Shown: positions 57,781-64,000 of the stretch, one piece after another
Position numbering within the stretch: position 1 is the stretch's first letter
Layout: each line of letters starts with the position of its first letter
Origin: Bacillota bacterium
GTDB taxonomy: Bacteria; Bacillota; Clostridia; Acetivibrionales; DTU013
Reading direction: 5' to 3'
Length of the DNA stretch: 64,000 nt
Assembly: GCA_023412665.1 (NCBI GenBank)
Contig: JAEZCA010000059.1
Location: forward strand, 5,163 to 69,162
Notes under the pieces: generated by a model
Seen by the model: only the letters and a program-made list of their open reading frames with translations
Databases searched by the model: none
What the model was told of the DNA's origin: nothing
Made by a program: the position numbers and the translations under genes

Positions 57781-59856
57781 TTATCCCAGAAGACTGAATG
57801 TAGCGAATAAGCCTGCTGTGATAGACGCAATCAATGATACAACTGTGATCTGGGTATTTATTGACGGGCCTGCAGTATCCTTAAAGGGATCGCCGACAGT
57901 ATCACCGACAACTGCTGACTTATGAGCTTCAGAACCCTTGCCGCCCTCATGTCCGGACTCGACATACTTCTTGGCATTGTCCCATGTACCGCCCGCATTG
58001 CCCATCAGGAGAGCCAGCAGAAGTCCGCTCATGATATTGCCTACAAGGAAGCCGCCTATTGCAGCTACGCCACCCACAAAGCCAACTACGAGAGTTGCCA
58101 GTATTGCAACCAGGCCGGCAGGTACCAGTTCGCGCAGAGCACCCTTGGTAGCTATATCTATACATTTTTCATATTCAGGTATAACGCCTTTTTTGCCTTC
58201 CTTAAGTCCGGGTATTTCATTGAACTGGCGGTGTATTTCAGTAACCATACGCTGTGCATTTCTGTCAACACCCATAATGAGCATTGCGGAGAAAACTGCC
58301 GGTATAGCCACACCGACTATCATACCGAAGAATACGACGGGATTCATTACATCAAAGCCCTTTAACAACTCCAGGCCTTTTTCGCCAAGGGCATCATTGA
58401 CTTCTGACATATATGCACCAAGAAGAGCTATGACTGTAAGGCCTGCTGCACCGACTGCAAAGCCCTTTGTTATAGCTTTTACAGTGTTTCCGGCGCTATC
58501 TAGCTCGTCAGTGATTTCCAATGCTTTTTCACCGAGATTGCCCATTTCAACAAGTCCTCTTGCATTGTCAACGATCGGGCCATAAGCATCGTTGGAAATG
58601 ATCATTCCCACAATCGAAAGCATTCCGATGGCTGCCATTGCTATACCGAACAATGCATCTGTAATACCAGGTCCGATAGTGTCGCAAATCATGTAGGATG
58701 CCAGTGCTGATACACCAATACCGAGCAGTGCCGGGAATGCGCTTATCAAACCATAGCTGAAACCGGAGAGTATCGTAAATGCCGGTCCTGATTTAGAGGC
58801 TCTAGCAACCATCTGAACAGGTTTTTTAGCGTCATTTGTGAAATAGTCGGATGCAAGTCCTACTACCGTACCAACAAGAAGTCCTATGAAGGTAGCTCCC
58901 CAATAACGCCAGTCAAATCCAAAAATAGCTGTTGCGCCTGCTGTAAAGATCGCAAACAGTGCGGTTGTTATATAAGTGCATTTATTTAGTGCAGAGCTGG
59001 GATTTCCGTTTTTACCTATGCGTCCAAAACCAATTCCTATAATGGAAGAAAGCAGTCCAAGCGCAGCATAACAGAATATCATGTTTGTGCTGATTCCGGT
59101 ACCGCCGTCTATTGCCATTGCCAGCACTATTGCAGCTGCCATGGAAGCAACGTTGGAATCGAAAAGGTCGGCGCCCATGCCTGCAACGTCTCCTACGTTA
59201 TCGCCGACGTTGTCTGCTATAACTGCAGGATTACGCGGGTCATCCTCGGGTATGCCGAGCTCTACCTTGCCAACGAGGTCAGCGCTGACGTCTGCAGTCT
59301 TTGTGAATATACCGCCGCCAGCCTTTGCAAAGAGAGCCAGAGAAGAGGCTCCAAAGCTAAATCCGAGCACTGATGTAGCATCGCCTGTAATTAACAGGAC
59401 ACCTGTGACGCCCAGAAGGCTGGTACCGACGACAGCCATACCCATGACTGCACCGCCTCTGAAGCCTGCCATAAAGGAATTATTCATGCTTTTAGTAGCG
59501 GCTTCTGCGCTTTTAACGTTTGCTATTGTTGCAACAAAGATGCCTATCTTGCCTGCCAGAGCCGATAATACAGAACCTACAACATATGATATCGCCATCA
59601 TGATGTTTTTAGCAGGTTCGCCGTTCCAGATCGGCTTGGGAAGGAAGAGTATGATTAATACAGCTACAAATGAGACAAAGATGGCAAGAATTTTGTACTC
59701 TCTGCCAAGAAAGGTATTTGCGCCCTTTCTGATCAGATCGCCGACTCTTGCGACCTCAGCATTTGATGACGGCTGTGACTTCACCCAGGTATAGAGCCAT
59801 GCTGCTACGCCCAGTGCAAGTACTGATACTAGTATTGCTACTACTGGCCAATTCAT
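57781..59856 (-). CDS. hppA: membrane-bound proton-translocating pyrophosphatase
   Basis: 691 aa multi-TM protein with DNVGDNVGD and GDTVGDPFKD. GNTVKAITKGFAVGAA has Lys/Thr at the two positions that, by the established Belogurov-Lahti rule, mark K+-independent H+-PPases. Confidence 0.9.
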   Translation of the reverse strand: MNWPVVAILVSVLALGVAAWLYTWVKSQPSSNAEVARVGDLIRKGANTFLGREYKILAIFVSFVAVLIILFLPKPIWNGEPAKNIMMAISYVVGSVLSALAGKIGIFVATIANVKSAEAATKSMNNSFMAGFRGGAVMGMAVVGTSLLGVTGVLLITGDATSVLGFSFGASSLALFAKAGGGIFTKTADVSADLVGKVELGIPEDDPRNPAVIADNVGDNVGDVAGMGADLFDSNVASMAAAIVLAMAIDGGTGISTNMIFCYAALGLLSSIIGIGFGRIGKNGNPSSALNKCTYITTALFAIFTAGATAIFGFDWRYWGATFIGLLVGTVVGLASDYFTNDAKKPVQMVARASKSGPAFTILSGFSYGLISAFPALLGIGVSALASYMICDTIGPGITDALFGIAMAAIGMLSIVGMIISNDAYGPIVDNARGLVEMGNLGEKALEITDELDSAGNTVKAITKGFAVGAAGLTVIALLGAYMSEVNDALGEKGLELLKGFDVMNPVVFFGMIVGVAIPAVFSAMLIMGVDRNAQRMVTEIHRQFNEIPGLKEGKKGVIPEYEKCIDIATKGALRELVPAGLVAILATLVVGFVGGVAAIGGFLVGNIMSGLLLALLMGNAGGTWDNAKKYVESGHEGGKGSEAHKSAVVGDTVGDPFKDTAGPSINTQITVVSLIASITAGLFATFSLLG

Positions 59857-60104
59857 AAAAAACGCCCCCTAAAATAGTAAAAATGTAGATATTTATTGCA
59901 ATATATATTATTGCCAAAACAAAAAAACATTGGGCAAAAACAACAATTTCCACCGAATACATTATAGTCCCATATTTCGGGCAATGCAATGACTTATTCT
60001 AAATTAATTGCACACGGAAGATATTGTCAATAATGTGCTGGTCTGCAACGCCTTGATGAACTGAGGCTGTGGTCCACCGAGTTTTTACTGCGGTGCAGCT
60101 GTAT

Positions 60105-60121
60105 TATAACGCATCGTTATA
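60105..60121. repeat. perfect palindrome TATAACGCATCGTTATA (family-A terminus motif)
   Basis: Same 7+3+7 palindrome as 8618-8634 (TATAACGCCTCGTTATA). It is followed by sequence weakly resembling the family-A core (GAAAGGC .. TTTTCAG-TGAAAATA). Confidence 0.7.
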
Positions 60122-60203
60122 AGAAAGGCTGTACATAATTATTTTTTCTGCTTTGTCAATATTTTCAGTGAAAATATTATTAAGAAAAGTTAAACTATAT
60201 ATA

Positions 60204-60232
60204 TTGAAAAGCTATTTATCGAATGATATAAT
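60204..60232 (+). promoter_or_regulatory. strong sigma-A promoter of the permease leader
   Basis: TTGAAA, 17-nt spacer, TGaTATAAT (extended -10). Confidence 0.75.
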
Positions 60233-60332
60233 GTCGAAAAAGTGAGATATCTTTAAGTCCGGTACAGTGATGCCGACAAGATGCTATATTATAATATTGG
60301 ATATTTATATCCATCCTTGTAATGATGCGATT

Positions 60333-60370
60333 AGATCTTGCCGTCTGCTGCCGGCAAGATCTTTCAGTTT
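60333..60370 (+). terminator. leader terminator/attenuator upstream of the NCS2 permease
   Basis: AGATCTTGCCG-TCTGCTGC-CGGCAAGATCT followed by TTCAGTTT. An upstream segment CGACAAGAU could pair with the 5' arm as an antiterminator. Confidence 0.6.
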
Positions 60371-60410
60371 GCGCAACAAAAGATCTATTATAAAACAAGG
60401 AGGATTTACC

Positions 60411-61874
60411 ATGCCGAAGAATCAAACTGTGATCGGGTATCTGCCCGATGAAAGGCCCTCGATTTGGAAACTGCTGTTTTACGCACTGCAGCAGGTAATC
60501 GTAATGTTCCCCGCAACAGTAGCCGTCGCACTCATCACCGGCTTTCAAGTATCTACCACGATTTTTGCCAGCGGCCTTGCAACCATATGCTTCATACTCA
60601 TCACTGGCAAAAAGATACCTCTTTATTATGGTTCAAGCTTCTCATACCTCACTGCAATCTCAGGCCTTATGGCAGGCGATGCCATAAGATCCATGGTAAG
60701 TCCTGAGACACTTACACAGCTAGATGCATGGAAAGCAGGCACAACGAGCATACTTCCTGCAGAAGCGATCTCTTATGCTCAGTTCGGAATAATAATGTCA
60801 GGTTTGATATCAATCGCCGCAGGCCTCCTTATAAAGGTTTCCGGCACCAAGGCAGTAGAAAAGATTCTTCCTCCAAGTATAACTGGTCCTATCGCAATGA
60901 TTATAGGCCTTACCCTTGCAGGTACAGCACTTAGCGATGCAGCTCCCAGGGCAGTTGCAGAGGGTGCGGCTGCAACAGTTATGAACAGCAGCTGGGTATG
61001 GGTGGTATCACTTGCCACTCTTCTGTCAACAATATTGTTCTCAAGATACCTTACAGGTTTCCTCGGGCAACTGCCCCTTCTGCTGGGTGCAGCAGTCGGA
61101 TGCGCTACTGCAGCTCTGCTGTATTTTATAGGCGGACCCGAAATGAACCTTTTCAGAGCGATCCCAAAGGAAGCTCTTGAAGCTTCACTGTGGCAGGCAG
61201 GTCCTATAGCGGTACCGGCATTTTCATTCCCTAAGCCTTCATTAGCAGCTGTAATCGCTATAATGCCAATAGCCATCGCAACGATACCTGAATCGACAGC
61301 TCACATGTACCAGTTGGATATCTATATAAACGATCTGGCAAAGAAAAAGAACTCCTCAAAAAAATACAACCTTATAGAAAAGCTTGATAAGAACTTGATA
61401 GGCGACGGTATAGGCGATATGATCTCCGGACTTATCGGAGGCCCTGCCGGAACAAACTATGGAGAAAACATAAGCACAATGGCAATAACCAAGGTGTTCT
61501 CCGTACCGGTACTTATAGTGGCAGCAGTTATTGCTATGATAATGTCCTTCTTCACTCCTCTGGTTCAGGGTATATACTCGATCCCTCAAGCTGTCATAGG
61601 CGGCCTGGAGGTATATCTGTTTGGTGCTATCGCAGCTCAGGGAGCAGCTATCATGATCGAAAAGAAGGTTGACATGTTCAGCTCAAAGAATATTGCAGTA
61701 ATAGCAACGATAATGGTAATAGGTCTCGGCGGCAACTATGCCTTCGGAGGAAATATCCCGTTCTTCGGTATCGAAGTTCCATGTATTGCAGGCGCTGCCA
61801 TATTCGGTATCATCCTGAACATGATCCTCAGTATCGGCGAGAAGAAAAATGCCGAACAGGAAACAGCTGAATAA
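60411..61874 (+). CDS. NCS2-family nucleobase (uracil/xanthine-type) permease
   Basis: About 487 aa with 12-14 TM helices. The QQVIVMFPATVAV start pattern and IPESTAH / GENIS motifs are typical of uracil-xanthine permeases. The start is ATG 60411 with SD AGGAGG. The track ORF from 60267 reads through the leader. Confidence 0.8.
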   Translation: MPKNQTVIGYLPDERPSIWKLLFYALQQVIVMFPATVAVALITGFQVSTTIFASGLATICFILITGKKIPLYYGSSFSYLTAISGLMAGDAIRSMVSPETLTQLDAWKAGTTSILPAEAISYAQFGIIMSGLISIAAGLLIKVSGTKAVEKILPPSITGPIAMIIGLTLAGTALSDAAPRAVAEGAAATVMNSSWVWVVSLATLLSTILFSRYLTGFLGQLPLLLGAAVGCATAALLYFIGGPEMNLFRAIPKEALEASLWQAGPIAVPAFSFPKPSLAAVIAIMPIAIATIPESTAHMYQLDIYINDLAKKKNSSKKYNLIEKLDKNLIGDGIGDMISGLIGGPAGTNYGENISTMAITKVFSVPVLIVAAVIAMIMSFFTPLVQGIYSIPQAVIGGLEVYLFGAIAAQGAAIMIEKKVDMFSSKNIAVIATIMVIGLGGNYAFGGNIPFFGIEVPCIAGAAIFGIILNMILSIGEKKNAEQETAE

Positions 61875-61898
61875 CAGAAAAGAAAAATAGATCAAGAG

Positions 61899-61928
61899 AA
61901 GCAGACCATAAAACGGTCTGCTTTTTTG
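61899..61928 (+). terminator. intrinsic terminator after the permease
   Basis: AAGCAGACC-ATAAAAC-GGTCTGCTT followed by TTTTG. Confidence 0.85.
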
Positions 61929-61997
61929 ATGCGATGCATTATTTTACTAAATGATTATCATAATAATCATTATAGTATTAAGTGGTGGTGATGTTTT

Positions 61998-63026
61998 ATG
62001 AAGCAATACATGCCCGACAGAGTTTTTTTTATTGACAATGCGCTTGAGTATCCTTTAGGCAAAAAGCTTTACAGATATTTCAGTGAACTCTCAATTCCTG
62101 TGACTGAAACTACTATTCAGAATGTATCCCGAAATATCCCGGGCAATAATGAAAAAGAAAAGTATGCAGCTTCAAAAAAATCACTTATCGTCCGTCCAAA
62201 AAAAAGCCTCGCTTTTGACGTATGCAAGCCTTCAGCCGACTATGAGTTCCCGCTGATGACTAACTGCCCGGGAAGCTGTGAATATTGCTACCTTCAGACG
62301 ACACAGGGCAGCAAGCCCTATCTTACAGTTTATGTAAATGTGGATGAGATATTAGAATCAATAATAAAGCATATCGAAAAAAACGACAATAAGCTTACGA
62401 CCTTTGAGGTCGCCAGTACAGGCGATCCTCTCTCCCTCGAACATATAACAGGAAGTCTTGCAAGAACGATAGAGTTTTTCGGCACGCTTGAAAACGGCAG
62501 ACTCAGACTGGTAACTAAATTCGATATGGTCGATACTCTGCTTGACCTTAAGCACAATGGTCATACAAGATTCAGGGTAAGCGTGAATTCCAGATATGTT
62601 ATCAAAAACTTTGAGCATAACACAGGTTCGTTTGATGAGCGTATCGCAGCGGCATCTAAAATCTCCCGGGCAGGCTACCCCACAGGCTTTATCGTAGCTC
62701 CCATCATGGTATATGATGATTGGGAGAAGGAATATCTGGAGCTGTTTGATTATCTGAAGCAGAATGTAGACATCGCCAGGTCCGGCCAGCCTGTTACTTT
62801 TGAACTGATACAGCACAGGTTTACTCCTGTCGCAAAAAAATATATATTACAGCGATATCCCAATACAAAGCTTGACATGGATGAAGCCAGCAGATCCGTC
62901 AAATGGGGAAAATACGGCAGATTCAAGTATGTTTACCCCAAGGAAACAGCCCAGGAGATAAAAGCATACATTTCAGGGCTGATCAATGAAAGATTTCCGA
63001 ATGCGGTGATTGAGTATTTCACATGA
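61998..63026 (+). CDS. splB: spore photoproduct lyase
   Basis: 342 aa with radical SAM motif CPGSCEYC. It resembles B. subtilis SplB as I remember it from end to end (..KPSADYEFP.., LIQHRFT, C-terminal IEYFT). Confidence 0.9.
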   Translation: MKQYMPDRVFFIDNALEYPLGKKLYRYFSELSIPVTETTIQNVSRNIPGNNEKEKYAASKKSLIVRPKKSLAFDVCKPSADYEFPLMTNCPGSCEYCYLQTTQGSKPYLTVYVNVDEILESIIKHIEKNDNKLTTFEVASTGDPLSLEHITGSLARTIEFFGTLENGRLRLVTKFDMVDTLLDLKHNGHTRFRVSVNSRYVIKNFEHNTGSFDERIAAASKISRAGYPTGFIVAPIMVYDDWEKEYLELFDYLKQNVDIARSGQPVTFELIQHRFTPVAKKYILQRYPNTKLDMDEASRSVKWGKYGRFKYVYPKETAQEIKAYISGLINERFPNAVIEYFT

Positions 63027-63078
63027 AATGTATTGATAATAAAGAAATCAATGAATGTTAAGCAACAGAAGGGTATGT

Positions 63079-63130
63079 TAAATTTCCAATGGGGGCAAGC
63101 CCCCATACCCCCTCGCTACGGGCGAAATGT
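63079..63130 (+). repeat. dispersed structured intergenic repeat, family B, copy 3 (truncated)
   Basis: TTAAATTTCCAATGGGGGCAAGCCCCCATACCCCCTCGCTACGGGCGAAATG, lying between convergent splB and the response-regulator gene. Confidence 0.8.
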
Positions 63131-63139
63131 ATTTAATAA

Positions 63140-63835
63140 TCAGGCATGAAATCTATACCCTATACCAACCTGTGTAAGAATAAATCTCGGATTCGCAGTA
63201 TCACGTTCGATTTTTCGCCTCAGGCTCGCCATGAACACTCGCAGGCTGTTTGCATCACCCACCTCGCCATATCCCCATATCTGGTTGAGTATATAATTAT
63301 GAGTAAGCACCTTTCCTTTGTTTATAATCATCAGCCTAAGAAGTTTATACTCTATCGGCGTAAGATGGACTTCTTCACCGTCCACGAAAACCAATCCTTT
63401 TTTAAAATCCACGCTGAGGTAATCCTGCGTGAAGGAATCCGTGGATGCAGGATTTGATTTGCTTTCAAGCTTTCTCTGCGCAACTCTGAGCCGTGCCATT
63501 AACTCACCCGCATGGAAGGGCTTGGTTATATAGTCGTCAGCGCCAAGATCAAGGGCCTTGATTTTTTCATTTTCTTCTTCTCTTGCCGATACGACGATTA
63601 TCGGAGCATTACATTTTTCCCTGATCTGTTCTATTACTGTCATACCATCCATATCCGGAAGTCCAAGATCCAATAAAATAATATCCGGATTGTTGGCAAA
63701 GAAAAGTGCGACCGCCTCTCTGCCCGTCGTTGCTGTAATGAATCTGTAGCCTTCATCCTTAAGGTATAATGTCAGTAATGACATGTTATATTTATCATCT
63801 TCAACAACCAGTACATTGATATTCTCGTGCATCAT
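63140..63835 (-). CDS. OmpR-family response regulator (KdpE-like)
   Basis: Receiver motifs VLVVEDD and [12 protein letters not shown]. Winged-helix [24 protein letters not shown]. Confidence 0.85.
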   Translation of the reverse strand: MMHENINVLVVEDDKYNMSLLTLYLKDEGYRFITATTGREAVALFFANNPDIILLDLGLPDMDGMTVIEQIREKCNAPIIVVSAREEENEKIKALDLGADDYITKPFHAGELMARLRVAQRKLESKSNPASTDSFTQDYLSVDFKKGLVFVDGEEVHLTPIEYKLLRLMIINKGKVLTHNYILNQIWGYGEVGDANSLRVFMASLRRKIERDTANPRFILTQVGIGYRFHA

Positions 63836-64000
63836 TTCACCTCACCGCTTGGAAGCGTAAATGTAAACAAAGCACCCCCCAGGTGCGATGTTCCGGTAGA
63901 TATCATACCGCCATGGGCCTTGACTACAGCCTTGCATATAGCCAATCCCAGCCCTATTCCTTTTTTACCGTCAGCGCCGGTCTTTCCGCTGGTGATGAAG
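63832..64000 (-). CDS. sensor histidine kinase, C-terminal fragment (N-terminus off window)
   Basis: My translation reads ..[45 protein letters not shown]. This is the G2 box and end of HATPase_c. The stop overlaps the regulator start (ATGA). Confidence 0.75.
   Translation of the reverse strand, partial: FITSGKTGADGKKGIGLGLAICKAVVKAHGGMISTGTSHLGGALFTFTLPSGEVK

Noticed and set aside
57938-59794. Several 200-240-aa plus-strand ORFs inside hppA
   Set aside because: They are antisense frames of a GC-biased membrane-protein gene with Ala/Pro/Ser-rich composition.
60267-60410. N-terminal extension of the permease ORF; a purine riboswitch or PyrR site in the leader
   Set aside because: The extension crosses a terminator hairpin. 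The leader lacks the purine-riboswitch junction motifs (UUUCUACC / CCGUAAA) and the PyrR loop UCCAGAGAGG.
1-64000. CRISPR arrays, tRNA/rRNA genes, transposases, integrases and prophage genes
   Set aside because: I found no regularly spaced direct repeats with unique spacers, no cloverleaf-like or rRNA-like segments, and no recombinase-like ORFs. The only tandem repeat is in-frame coding DNA.

Overview
This looks like a core chromosomal segment of a spore-forming Clostridia-type Firmicute. Supporting signs are splB, ytvI, a YhcN/YlaJ lipoprotein, T-box leaders, TTGACA/TATAAT promoters and frequent TTG/GTG starts. GC content is moderate by eye and was not computed. About 50 genes are present, mostly on the minus strand. 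In order: partial HD-GYP protein, lytic transglycosylase, sfsA, DEAD-box helicase, SprA-related protein, carboxynorspermidine dehydrogenase/decarboxylase, a LysR / CofE-like divergent pair, a UvrA2 / tandem-MerR / orphan-kinase operon, a GNAT / macro-HTH / vWA operon, an ABC-2 exporter with a leader attenuator, a nine-gene V-type ATPase operon, mntP, a spore lipoprotein, speA, a Ca-ATPase / Zn-ribbon / CDF / HMA cluster, a T-box-controlled TIM-barrel::AMP-ligase fusion, a B12-radical-SAM plus permuted-papain pair, a CNNM/CorC protein, a T-box-controlled trpB-A-D-C-F operon without trpE/G, trxB, zwf, a NUDIX protein, a Na/Pi transporter, ytvI, an H+-PPase, an NCS2 permease, splB, and a KdpE-like regulator with a partial kinase. 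I saw no rRNA, tRNA, CRISPR array, transposase or integrase. The best-supported unusual signals are four. (1) A second T-box, apparently Trp (UGG)-specific, drives an uncharacterised fusion enzyme a few kb from a trp operon that lacks anthranilate synthase. (2) Two families of structured dispersed intergenic repeats are present; one is bounded by TATAACG/CGTTATA inverted termini, and the other flanks ytvI in inverted orientation. (3) Unassigned terminator-containing leaders precede the ABC-2 exporter and the nucleobase permease. (4) Three small operons of unclear function are present: UvrA2-MerR2-HK, GNAT-macro-vWA and B12-rSAM with a YiiX-like amidase. All functional calls rest on motifs I recognised in the translations; no database search was run.
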